Below are positions 35,761 to 47,479 of a DNA stretch of 64,000 bases, piece by piece. Position numbers and translations under genes: made by a program. The notes beneath the pieces were generated by a model, which was not told where the DNA came from, made no database searches, and saw only the letters and a list, made by a program, of their open reading frames with translations. Source of the DNA: Felis catus. Lineage: Eukaryota. The number at the start of each line of letters is the position of its first letter. Positions within the stretch are counted from its first letter, which is position 1. Location: assembly GCF_018350175.1 (NCBI RefSeq), contig NC_058368.1, positions 91,824,001 through 91,888,000 of the forward strand, read 5' to 3'.

Positions 35761-36092
35761 TCTTACACTCGAGAGAAGTTAGAAATCATTCCGTATCAGA
35801 ACCTATAGATCTACTTCATTCTTTTTACTTTTCTCCACTAATTTTAACTTTAATAGGCAAGATATTTATAATTCAAGACTCCAAAGGTCTAAAAAGGCCT
35901 ACTGTAAGGACAGTCCCTTACTGTCCCCGGTCTGTTAGCAACCAACTTGTTCTCCACAGTCATCTCTCAGACTTCCTTCCAAGGGAGTTTGCAACCCATA
36001 CAGACATGTATAAACACAGTCTTTTCCTGCTCTTATGTTAACTGTTAACACACATGCTGTTTTGTCCCTTATTTCTACTTCATAGAATATCT

Positions 36093-36257
36093 GAGGACGC
36101 CTGGGTAGCTCAGTCGGTTAAGCGTCCGACTTCAGCTCAGGTCACAGTCTCAGGTTTCATGAGTTTGAGCCCCACATCGGGCTCTCTGCTGTTAGCCCAG
36201 AGCCTGCTTGGGATTCTCTCCGTGCCCCCCCCCCCGCCCCTACCCCGCTCGCACACA

Positions 36258-36297
<40 letters not shown>

Positions 36298-36319
36298 AAA
36301 ATAAACATTAAAAAAAAAG
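36093..36319 (+). mobile_element. CanSINE
   Basis: TSD AGAATATCTGA. Confidence 0.95.
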
Positions 36320-36514
36320 AATATCTGAAATATTTTTGTCTCTCAGATGGAGTTTGGAATGACTGAATCAAAGGGCATTGCGGGTGCATACATCTGAAGA
36401 ATGAATTCCTGCAAGTAAGGTTTCTGGATCAAAGCATCAGTGACTTGTTAGTGCTGATTCCTTTTTCACCCCCCTCAGCCTTTTGGGAGAGAACACGCCT
36501 CCCAGGCCCCAGCT

Positions 36515-36820
36515 AAGCAACCCTTCAACTGGGGGGTTAAAGGTGCCAAAAAATCCACATATAACTTTCGACTCCCCAAAAATGTAACAACTGATAGCCT
36601 GCTGTTGACCCAAAGCCTTACTGATCACACAAACAGTTAACACAATGAAGTCCAGGAAATTCTTACAATCAAGTAAGCTAGAGAAAAGAAGATGTTATTG
36701 AGAACATCATAAGGAAAATACACGTACAGCACTGTACTGTATTTATCCAAAAAAAAAAAAAAAATCCACATATAAGTGGACCCATGCAGTGCAGACCCAT
36801 GTTGTGCAAGGGTCAACCCT
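36515..36820. mobile_element. Tigger2a-type (TcMar-Tigger) MITE
   Basis: AATCCACATATAACTTTCGACTCCCCAAAA...AAATCCACATATAAGTGGACCCATGCAG...TTGTGCAAGGGTCAAC terminus. Confidence 0.85.
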
Positions 36821-37033
36821 AGTTCATTAGACATCATTCTAAGAGGTGAGATACAATATCCCAGAATTTGCAATTCTCTTTGATGAAAGTTGAGCATTTT
36901 TTCCTGATCTATTTCAGAGACACTTTTATTTTCTTTTCAGTGAACTGTCCAATCAGATCTTTGGTCCATTCTTCTACTGAGTTGTTCATCTTTTTCTTAC
37001 TGATTTGCAGGAATGCTTTAAGAAAATTGCCAT

Positions 37034-37223
37034 GGGGCTCCTGGGTAGCTCAGTCAGTTAAGTGTATGACTCTTGATTTTGGCTCAGGTCATGATCTCCC
37101 AGTTTGTGGGTTTGAGCCCCGTGTCAGGCTCTGCCCTGATAGCTGGGAGCCTGGAGCCTTCTTCAGATTCTGTGTTTCCCTCTCTTTCTGCCCCTCCCCT
37201 CCCTCAGAATGAATAAACTTCAA

Positions 37224-37255
<32 letters not shown>

Positions 37256-37257
37256 AA
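37034..37257 (+). mobile_element. CanSINE with (GAAA)n tail
   Basis: TSD AAGAAAATTG(C/T)CAT. Confidence 0.93.
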
Positions 37258-37411
37258 ATTGTCATATGAGTTGGAAATATTTTCTCACTGTTTTATACTA
37301 TTTCTTTGATGGATTTGGATTTTCTTTTGTTTTTCTCTTGGGTCATGCAAACACAATATGAACGCAGTCCCATTTATCAGTCTCTAAAACAGTTTGAGGT
37401 TTGTATCGTAT

Positions 37412-37431
37412 ATAAAAGGACCTTCTCAAAA

Positions 37432-37474
<43 letters not shown>

Positions 37475-37495
37475 AAATAAAAGGACCTTCTCAAA
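37412..37495 (+). repeat. (AAAT)n array flanked by a 19-bp direct repeat
   Basis: ATAAAAGGACCTTCTCAAA at 37412-37430 and 37477-37495. Confidence 0.92.
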
Positions 37496-37758
37496 TCGGA
37501 GGTTATAAAAGAAATTTATGGCTCCATTTCGTAAGTTTATGGCTTCAGTTTGCTTCGTCCATTTTAAAAGCTGCTTAGGATTTCATTGCATGCATATGTC
37601 ATAATTTACTCCTCCAGTCTCCAGTCATTGGGCATTTGTGTTGTTCCAGTGAATCCTCTGGTAACTCATGCTTTTGTGCACATGTAGAAATCTACCTGAG
37701 GACACATTCGTGGAAGTGCAAAGAGCATTGCATTTGAGATTTTGAAAATATGTTGTCA

Positions 37759-37985
37759 GAGGTGCCTGGGTGGCTCAGTTGGTTAAGCGTCTGACTTTGG
37801 CTCAGGTCACGATCTCACGGTTCGTGGGTTTGAGCCCCGCGTTGGGCTTTGTGGTGACAGCTCGGAGCCTGGAGCCTGCTTCAGATTCTGTCTTCCTCTT
37901 TCTCTGCCCCTCCCCTGCTCACACTCTGTCTCTCCCTCTCTCAAAACTGAATAAACATTAAAAAAAAATTTTAAAAGAAGAAAGA
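37759..37985 (+). mobile_element. CanSINE
   Basis: Full element. Confidence 0.95.
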
Positions 37986-38489
37986 AAATACGTCGGCAGA
38001 TTACTTTTATCTAAAGAAGTTGTCCTGTGTTCCTCCTTACGATGGAATCCAAGCACCCTGCCTCACGCCTTGCCAGCGTTTTTTTTTTTCAAATGGAAAA
38101 CATCTTCCTTTATTTTCCTCTGAAAACATTCAGTGTGGGGAGGATGGACAAGTAGAGCTGTTGGAGCATTCAGAGTGGAGACCTCCCTGTCCGCAGGCTG
38201 GGGTAGTGATGGTGTTTATCTTATCCTGACACCTGCTGAGTATCCAACCACCGCCTTCAGAGTGGCAGCCTTGAATGCGCATCATATCTTTGGAAGACTT
38301 GATCAGGAGCTGTTAGGCCACAGGAAAATCGATGCCCCTTCTCTTAGCTGTGGGGCTTCATTTCTCTCTTTCTGGAGTTAAAGGTGGAGAGGTTTGTCTT
38401 CATGGTATGTTGGAAAGAAGAGATAAGAGTTTGAAAGATGTGGGTTTCCGTATGTTCCCGATTAATTAAAACCCTTCTTTATTGTGAAT

Positions 38490-38857
38490 TGTTGTTTTGG
38501 TTTTTTTTCCGAGGGAGAGAAAGAGAGAAACCATGAGAGGCAGAGAGAGAGACAGAGACAGAGAAGTGAAGTTCGTACTCACCCAGAGTGGGACTCGAAC
38601 TCACGAATCGTGAGATCATGACCTGCCCAAGACAGGTGCCTAACTCACTGAGCCACCCAGGTGCCCGTGAATTATTGTGGGAGAGAGAACGAGGGCGTGT
38701 GCATGTGCTAGTGGTGGAAGGATAGAGAGAGAATCCCAAGCAGGCTCCGTGCTCAGCACAGAGCCCAATGTGGGGCTCGATCTCACAACCCTGAGGTCAT
38801 GACCTGAGCCGAAATCAAGAGCTGGACGCTCAACCGACTGAGCCACCCAGGCGCCCC
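38490..38857 (-). mobile_element. Two CanSINEs, one a divergent subfamily
   Basis: Heads end at ~38666 and ~38857; TTATTGTG repeated at the junctions. Confidence 0.88.
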
Positions 38858-38859
38858 TT

Positions 38860-39006
38860 TTCCTCTTCTCATAAGGACAGCAGTCCTATTGGATTAGGAC
38901 CCCGTCCTTATGACCTCACTAAATCTTAATTCCCTTCATTACCAGGCCCACCTGAGGTTAGGGCTTTAATGTGTGGATTTGGGAGGGACACAGTTCCATC
39001 GCTAAC
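38860..39006 (-). mobile_element. MLT1 LTR fragment
   Basis: TCTCATAAGGACAGCAGTCCTATTGGATTAGGACCC...TTTGGGAGGGACACAGTTC. Confidence 0.8.
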
Positions 39007-39343
39007 AGCCCAGGACACAGAATTCAGCCCGGGACACAGAATTCAGCCCAGGGGCTGAGTGTGATGAGATCACCTCTTCCCTCAGCAGGATAAAATCCCC
39101 CTGGTGACCCCAAACCCGGCCCCTGATGCGGCTGCAGCTTCAGGCCTCCCCCCAACCCCAGCTCCAGACATACTATTCTCTCTCTGAGTCACCTCCACCT
39201 GTACCCGCCCACTTCAGGGCCCCACGTGTGTCCCTCGGCCAGCATACCCTCACCCTGACCCCTAAAGGTCTTCCTGACCCCCTACACCAGGTCTGGCCCC
39301 TGATTACCCCCCTTTGTGGCACCACTTTGACCACTGGCATGTC

Positions 39344-39531
39344 TTTTTTTTACATTTATTTATTTAGAGAGACAAAGAGAGTGGAGGATGAGTCAGAGAG
39401 AGAGAAAGAGAATCCCAAGCAGGCTCTGCACGTCAGTGCAGAACCTGATGTGGGGCTAGAACTCATGAACCGTGAGATCATGACCTGAGCCAAAGTCGGG
39501 CCCTGAACCGACTGGGCCACCCAGGCGCCCC
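39344..39531 (-). mobile_element. CanSINE
   Basis: TSD ACCACTGGC(A/G)TGTCTT. Confidence 0.95.
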
Positions 39532-41902
39532 ACCACTGGCGTGTCTTCCAGGCAGAGCCCCGCTGGCACTGAGTGGGCGCTCACGGCTCAGGCCGTGCTC
39601 GCTGGTGGACCACCCGTGCCGTGCACACACGCTGTTCCTCCTTCAAAGGTTTTGCCTCCAGGACGGCAGAAACGTGGTTCTTCCGTCTCCATCTCCCCTG
39701 GCTGGCTAGCTGCCGGCACCAGGGCACAGCACCACCCTCCCTCACGCTTTGTCTTGCTTTGCTTCCCCTCCCCCCACCCTGCTCTGGAACCAGCCACAGG
39801 CCGTCTCCTGGTGCGGTAGTGAGGGATCCCGCAACCTAATCCCGCAGGTTACAGAGGCCCCATGTGGCAGGACGTTAGTCCGGTGCCCACCGTCGGGATG
39901 GGTGAGGGGGCCTCAAGGCACCGTGGGTCCCGTGACAACTGGCAGATTCTCCTGACACCCCCGGAGGTGGCCCCAGCTGGCCTTGCGGCTGTCTGGACAG
40001 GAGGACCCTGGCCTTGAACTAAGATCGTGCAGTAGTAGCTGCCACTGTGCCACTCTGCACCCACGTTTGTTAAAGAGGGGGGCTCGACACAGCTGAGCCT
40101 GTGGTCGGGGAGAGAAGCTTGAGTGCTGGAGGGAAAGGTCTGAGCCCTTGACGGGCGCCCTTGAAATAGAAGTGAGCCGTCCTCAGATGAGGCCAGGGAA
40201 GCAGAGCAGACAGGCCATGCACAGGCCTAAGAGGCTGAGAGGTGGGAAGGGGTGGCAGGAAGCCCTCTCTTCATCCAGCCCCGTGTTCTGCCCACTCTGC
40301 CCTGGACCCCATGCTGGGTGCTGGGGCACTGGGTTGGCCACTCCCTGACTTCATGCATCCGCCCAGCACACCCGCTGCGAGCATTTCTGTGTGCCAGGCA
40401 CTGTGATGGGTGCTGGGACCCTGAAGGAGCTCTCACCAGGCGAGCAAATCGTGGAGAAACAGGCTGTGCTTTAGAGCAAGGTGGGGCCAGGAGCAAGAAG
40501 GACAAGACCAGGAAGACTTCCTGGAGGAGGTGACACGGGCATTCGACCCTGAGGCATGAGTAGAAGCCGGCTAAGTGGGAAAGTCTCAAGGTCCTTCTAG
40601 GCAGGGAAACAGCGCATCCCCAGCCCAGTGTTTGTGGGCTCAGCCAGCTCTGCTTTATAATCTGATGGTGGGTGCTCAGAACAGAGGGTCTGAGAATGTG
40701 AGAGGACTTGAACATCCAGAGAGACATGGTTAGAGCTGACGCCTTCTGTGGGTGGGTGTGAGGGCCTTCCCCACCTCGTGCCCACCCTCTCCAGGCCTGG
40801 CAGGGAGAGAAGCACCCAAGGGGGAAGCTTGAAGCATCACCCCCATCTGGGCACTAGTGTGGCTGGAGCGCCCGGGTGAGAAGGAGGCCCAGGTGGGGGC
40901 TGGAGAAGGCAGGATTTGCTCCATCGTTCAGCTGACACAGTCAACCCCGATGTCCTCTGGGCCTTCCCTGCTACAGCAGAGAGAATACAAACAAAAGGGA
41001 AGCTTCCAGGTAGATCAGATGCTAGTGTTGGGGAAAAAGATAAGGCGGCCAGCAAGGGGCGAGGGAGTGTGGTGACACAGCCCCAGGGGGAGAGCTGCCA
41101 GGGACCACCTTTGCCAAACCCATTGTGACTTTAATTAAGTGAGAAAGGGAACCAGTCACGGCGTCTCCATCAACCCTGGGTTACCCACCCTGCTGGGCCT
41201 CTGTCTCCTGATAGCCTAGGGGGTGGGGGGCTTCCTTCCTCCCCCTCAGCCACATCTTCCAGTCAAGCTCCCCAGTCCATCCAGCTGCCTGTCCCCTCTG
41301 CTGTTTCTCCGCTCCCAACTCATCGTCGGTTTTTACCTTGGGGGAAAAAAAAAAGTCCAAGCATGAAATCTCTTAATACAAACCAGATGAGGGGGCTGGT
41401 GAAAATGTTTTTCTCCGCATCAATCACCGGGTCCTTGCTGTGCTGAGAATTTGGTGAGCCCTCATCAGGGCTCCTACCAAGAATCCCTTCCAGATTCTCT
41501 GCCTGGCCAGACACAGAGAAACAATGCCGCCTTCTGTGTGTTTAGCGAAGCACCTTTCACACGTGCTTACCCCTGCTCTGGCACCATTTCAGGTGGGGTT
41601 TGGGGGGGTCCGCCTGTCCAGCTGGTGCTGGCTGGCCGGGGAAGCTGCCCTCGGTCCGGCCTCTCTCCCTCCCGCCAGGAGTCAGCAGGTCCCCACGGTC
41701 CCCCTGGGCCGTGTGCATCCCGAGGCAGGGGCTCTCAGGTGTGAAGAGCTGGGGCAGGTCCAGGGAGGGTGGGGGAACAGCGATGGTGGAGAAGCCATGG
41801 AGGGTGGAGAAGACCCCTAAGGAGCACCACCGGGGCTGGGAGGCATGAATGTGGGGCAAGAGAGGATGATCAAAGGCCTGGACCCCTCCTCAAAAACTTA
41901 CA

Positions 41903-42529
41903 GAACTGTGCTGTCCAATACAGTAGCCACAGCCCATGCGGCCATTTAAATTTTTTATGGTAGTTTTTAAATCGAGATATAATTCACACAACATAAAACG
42001 CACCCTTGTAAAGTACACAATTCAGTGGTTTTTGGTATATTTACAGTGCTACGTGACCATCTCCACTACCTGATTCTAGAACATTGTCTAGCAGCCATTT
42101 CTAATTCCCACTTCCTCCCACTCCCTGGCGACCACTGATCCACCTCTGTCTCCGTGGATTTGCCTACCGTGGGCATTTCCTATGAAACGGAATCAGGCGG
42201 TGTGTGGCCTAAAAGGCTCCTTTCACTTAGCATAATGGGTTCAAGGTCCAGCCATGGTTATTTAAAGTTCAATTAATTAAAGTTCAATTAAATGAAAATT
42301 TTCGGTTCTTCAGCCACACCGGACACGTTTCCGGTGCTCAGTAACCACATGTGGCTTTTAGCTTCCACATGAGACAGTGCAGCAAATATTGAAAATCACT
42401 CTGGGGCGGGGTGCTCGGGGGCTCAGTCGGTTGAGCGTTCACTCTTGGTTTTAGTTCAGGTCATGATCTCATGGTCTGTGAGATCAAGCCCTGTGTTGGG
42501 CTTTGTGCTAGGCATGGAGCCTGCTTAAG

Positions 42530-42579
<50 letters not shown>

Positions 42580-42655
42580 CCTCTTTCCTGCTCACACTCT
42601 CTCTCTAAAAAAAAATTTAAAAATAGGAAGGAAGTTCTCTGGGGCAGTGTTACTC
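41903..42655. mobile_element. MER33-like hAT element with nested L1M fragment (~41960-42255) and CanSINE (42408-42625, +)
   Basis: GCTGTCCAATACAGTAGCCAC..GCCATTTAAA start; GTGCTCAGTAACCACATGTGGC middle; AAGTTCTCTGGGGCAGTG end. Confidence 0.75.
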
Positions 42656-43204
42656 CAGAATGCCTTCAGTGGATGATCAGGGAGGGGGGAATGCCAGCAG
42701 GACCCCACCCCTGCCCACCTGATGGGTGTGGACTCACGGTCCTTCTCTTGGGTCCCCAGAGGTCCTATTGGGATCCATCAAAGATTTTTGCTGTTTCCAA
42801 AACTGATGAAAATCATGCTTGTCAAGGGATCAATCTGCAGGCTGACCCAGCGCTTGGGTTTTCTTCTTTGCTTTCAGCTGGAGTTCTGTCAACCCGGTGT
42901 GGGAGTGCCACCTCCACAGCCATCACAGGCTCCCAGTGGCCACTGCATATGACTCTGATTAATAAAGATGAGAAAGCAAGCAAGCTGATACTTTATAAAT
43001 GCAGCTTGGGACACATGATCTTTTCAGAGGGAGAGGAAAATTAATAAAAAGGACCCCTTTGTGTGGTTTCACCATCTAAAGGCAACCATTATTAGCATTC
43101 TTGTTGATAGCCTCAAGATTAAGATTTTGGGGAGCGTGTGAAGGTGCACACAAAGAAATATGCATATAGGTATGATATTTGAATCTGTATATATTTGCAT
43201 TTAA

Positions 43205-43643
43205 GTTTAATTTTTTTAAGTTTATTTATGTTTGAGAGAGAGAGAGCACATGCACACGCACAAGAAAGAGGAGAAGGAGCAGAGAGAGGGAGACCAAGGA
43301 TCTGAAGCAGGCTCTGCGCTGACAGCACAGAGCCCAACACGGGACTCAAACTCATGATCATGAGATCATGATCTGAGCTGAAGTCAGATGCTTGACCTAC
43401 TGAGCCACCCAGGCATCCCTATTTGCATTTAATTTTAAAAGATCTATTTTTTAAAAAATTTTTAACGTTTATTTTTGAGAGAGAGAGAGAGAGAGAGACA
43501 GAACATGAGCAAGAGAGGGGCAGAGAGAGAGGGAGACACGGAATCCCAAGCAGGCTCCAGGCTCTGAGCTGTCAGCACAGAGCCCAGTGCAGGGCTCGAA
43601 CCCATGAACTTCGGACGCTTAACTGAGCCACCCAGGCACCCCT
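43205..43643 (-). mobile_element. Two CanSINEs (43205-43420, 43447-43643)
   Basis: TSDs TATTTGCATTT and TAAAAGATCTATTT. Confidence 0.93.
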
Positions 43644-43902
43644 AAAAGATCTATTTAATCATACAATTCTTTTCTCATCCCTGACAATTTACAGTGATCT
43701 TTCTCAAGAGAAGTTTGGGGCATTTCCAGAGGCATTGGGCATACTCGTATCACTACACAATAAAAGCTGTTCCTGTGAGCTCATTTCTATGTAGCCATTT
43801 TTAAAAGTTCAAGTGGTGGGGACAGTTGTAAAAATTAGCAATTCACAACTGTCTTGACCTTTTGGAGAAGGGAGAAATCATAATTAAAAATACACTCTTT
43901 TA

Positions 43903-44580
43903 GGGGCACCTGGGTGGCTCGTTCGGTTATGCATCCAACTCTTGATTTCAGCTCAGACCATAATCTCACGGTTCGTGACTTCAAGCCCCACATTGGGTTC
44001 TGCGCTGACAGTGTGAAACCTGTTTGGGATTCTAAACAAACAAACAAACAAACAAACAAACAAACTTTAAAAAATAAATTTTTAGAAGTACTCTTTTCGG
44101 GCACCTGGGTGACTCAGTCCATTAAGTGTCCAACTTTGGCTCAGATCATGATCTCACAGTTTGTGAGTTTGAGCCCCACGTCGGGCCCTATGATGGCAGC
44201 TCAGAGCCTGGAGCCTGCTTCGGATTCTGTGTCTCCAATCTCTGCCCCCCGCCCCCGACTTGTGCTCTGTCTCAGTCTCTCAAAAATAAATAATATATTT
44301 TTAAAAACAATTTTTTTAAGTACTCTTTTAAAAAGCGTTTTATAGGGGCACCTGGGTGGCTCAGTCTGTTAAGTGTCAGACTTTGGCTCAGGTCATGATC
44401 TCACAGTTCATGGGTTTGAGCCCAACATCGGGCTCTGTGCTGACAGGTCAGAGCTTGGAGTCTGCTTTGGATTCTGTGTCTCCCTCTCTCTCTCTACTTC
44501 TCTCGCGCGCTCTTTCTCTCTCTCTCTCTCTCTCACTCAAAAATAAATAAGCATTAAAAAATGTTTAAAAAATAATTTAA
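43903..44580 (+). mobile_element. Three tandem CanSINEs; the first lacks (CT)n and has an (AAAC)n tail
   Basis: Heads at ~43903, ~44099 and ~44345. Confidence 0.93.
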
Positions 44581-45476
44581 AAAGCATCTTATAAGGAAAA
44601 CAGTCCAGACATTTACACACGTAGACAGAGTAGCATAGTGAACTCCCATGGATCTACATCGAGCTTCAACAAATTTCAGATACACCCCCTCCACACCCCC
44701 TTCTCCCCCTTCATTACTTTGATTTACGGCTTAGTTGTCTTTCTTGTAAAATGCTTACAGCTGGATTTTACGTTTTATCCGATGAACAGTCTCTGTCTTT
44801 TTATTGAGAAGTTTATGGCTTCGGCTTTTCTCCTGCTTTTTTCCTTGTTTCTCTGTGAATGCTTTCTTTTTATAAATAAAATTGTTATCTATATGTCCCT
44901 CTGTCAAGACACTGTGCCCTCAAGTCCCCGGTGCACCCCCCCCATATTGCCCATCATGTCCTTATGGGCATGCTCCCCTGTTCCCCTTTTTGATCTTAGC
45001 CAATTTGCAGGTGAGGGCAACACTCTTTACTTGGGAATCTGACCGTCCCTTGATCGTGTGATTCTTGGGGCATCTCCTGGGTCTGTTTCTTCTCTTCTCT
45101 GAGTTCTTCCCACAGGAATGTTTACCATGTGTGCGTCTTTATGCAGCAGACCTTCCAGAACCTTCTGTATGAGAATGCATTGGTCATTCCCTCATGCATG
45201 GATGCCAGCTGGCCAAATGTAAAGCTCAAGGTTCCAAGTGCAGGAGTCAAAACTTCAAAACTCACGTCAGTTCTCAACACCATTAGTCCCTTAGAAAGCG
45301 TGGTGTCCGTCTGAGCCTTGTCCTTTGCCATGGTCTGCTTTCTGACCATCTCAGACCTTGCTGTCTCTGACAGTCTTAAATTTCACTGTAATGTGTTGTG
45401 GGATGGGTATGGGCTCTTTCCAAACTCTAGTCTTCTGTGGGCCTTTTCCATCTGAGAGTTTCCATCTTTCTTCTTC

Positions 45477-46051
45477 TTTTTTTTTAATGTTTATTTATTT
45501 TAAAAAATGTCTTGGGGCGCCTGGGTGGCACAGTCGGTTAAGCGTCCGACTTCAGCCAGGTCACGATCTCGCGGTCCGTGAGTTCGAGCCCCGCGTCAGG
45601 CTCTGGGCTGATGGCTCGGAGCCTGGAGCCTATTTCCGATTCTGTGTCTCCCTCTCTCTCTGCCCCTCCCCCGTTCATGCTCTGTCTCTCTCTGTCCCAA
45701 AAATAAATAAAAAAACGTTGAAAAAAAAATTAAAAAAAAAAAATGTCTTTACTCTGAGCTGTCAGCACAGAGCCTGACGCGGGGCTTGAACTCCCAAACC
45801 AAGAGGTCATGACCTGAGCTGAAGTCGGACACACTTAACTGACTGAGCCACCCAGGAACCCCGATGTTTATTTGTTTTTAAAAGAGAGAGAGAGTGGGGG
45901 AGGGGCAGAGAGAGAGAGTGAGAGAGAGGATCTGAAGCAGGCTCTGCGCTGACAGCAGAGAGCCCAACGTGGGGCTCTAGGTCACAAACTGCGAGATCAT
46001 AACCTGAGCCAAAGTTGGACGCTTAACCCACTGAGCCACCCAAGCGTCCCC
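45477..46051. mobile_element. Three-level nested CanSINE complex with a young plus-strand SINEC_Fc-type copy at 45514-45737
   Basis: Inner TSD AAAAAATGTCTT; middle TSD ATGTTTATTT(A/G)TTTT. Confidence 0.88.
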
Positions 46052-46259
46052 CCTCTTTCTTTAATTCTAGAAAGCTATCTCTAGTATTTCTGTTGTTTCG
46101 CTACTATTTAATCATTTCCCCCTACAGGTACTGTTGGCAGTGTCTATATTAAATATTAATAAGGTTTGATTTCTGACTTAATAAGAGTATACATTAATAG
46201 AAAAGGGGGGGAACTTTTGAAATGAAAGGTTTGAGAATTATTGGCATGTCCCAGCCATC

Positions 46260-46482
46260 TTTTTTTTTTTTTTTTTGAAGTTTATTTCTTTATTTTGAGA
46301 GAGAGGGAGAGAGAACAAGCTGGGGAGGAGCAGAGAGAGAGGAGGACGGGATTCAAAGCGGGCTCTGTGCTGATAGTGCCGAGCCCGACGCGGGGCCCGG
46401 ACTCACAAACCGCGTGTCAGATGAAGTCTGTCAGATGAAGTCTGAAGTCAGATGCTCAACTGACCGAGCCACCCAGGCACCC
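46260..46482 (-). mobile_element. CanSINE with internal duplication
   Basis: GTCAGATGAAGTCT x2 inside the element. Confidence 0.9.
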
Positions 46483-46559
46483 GGTCCCATCTTATTCCTT
46501 CAAATAAATAAGTGTTCCTGAGAGCCTGCTCCGTCCTCACCCTGGGCTGGCTTTAGGGG

Positions 46560-46700
46560 TGGGATTCCTGCTCACGTCAGCCCCTCGTGATGGGTCCTGC
46601 TTTGCAGATGAGGAGTCTGTGGCATCGGGAAGTGAAGGGCCCATCCAGGGTCACACAGCTGGACGTGAGTGGCGAAGGGGCCGCATGTCTGTCCAGTCTG
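46560..46700 (-). mobile_element. MIR
   Basis: TTTGCAGATGAGGAGTCTGTGGC...CCAGGGTCACACAGCTGG. Confidence 0.7.
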
Positions 46701-47479
46701 CTCTGTGGGCAGAGCTGTTGGGTTGGCAGGATGCTGTCTGACAGGAAGCTCTCCCGATTCCTTTGCTGAGCTGTTTCTGCTGAGGGCCGCTGGACATCAC
46801 TCCGTCCCCCCACCATGGCCCAAGGCGGGGGCACATTTGCCCTGAGGATGGTGTGTCTTCCCAGTTGCTCCAGCAGATCTGACCTGCCCTGGCGTTCGGG
46901 CCAGTTCACAGCTCGCTTGGGGAATCTCCAGCTGCAAGCTGGCTCATCCTTCTCTGGGCGCCACACCCCCTCTCCTGTATTTCTCATGTTCAGCCTGTCT
47001 CTCCTGGTCCTGGTCCCTATGCTGGTTGCCACCAGTATGCGGGTGGCCTCACGGGATGCCATGTGTCACCCCCACGTTCCCGGCCGCACCAGCCTGGATC
47101 CATCCAGAACATCCACCTGGAACAGGGCTCAGAGGCTCCCTCCATCTGTGGGTGCCCTGGGCAGGGGGCACACGACATTTCTCTGGGTTGAATGATGCCC
47201 CCCCCCTCCACCACCGGCCAGACCCCCTGGTTGGAGCATCTGAGGCTTCACTCCAGCCAGGAGTGAAAACACAAATGTGATGAAAGGGCACATTTAACTT
47301 TGTTAATGTGGGAACTACACGCCCTCCCCAGATCTTCTCTGTGCCAGATGCCGCAACTCATGCGGGATGTGTATGGGATTATACTGCCTTGTATCAGGTG
47401 CGTTACGTGCTCACACCCTTGGGTCTGTAAATCTGGTTCACAGACATCAGCTCCTGGAAACAACCATGTAAGCACTGTG

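Noticed and set aside
43903..44580. Regularly spaced repeats suggestive of a CRISPR-like array
   Set aside because: Stacked SINEs of about 200 bp in a mammalian genome; no repeat-spacer structure or cas genes
45122..45349. Short ORFs on both strands that look like an exon
   Set aside because: The region resembles highly decayed antisense L1M sequence; no convincing splice pair or homolog
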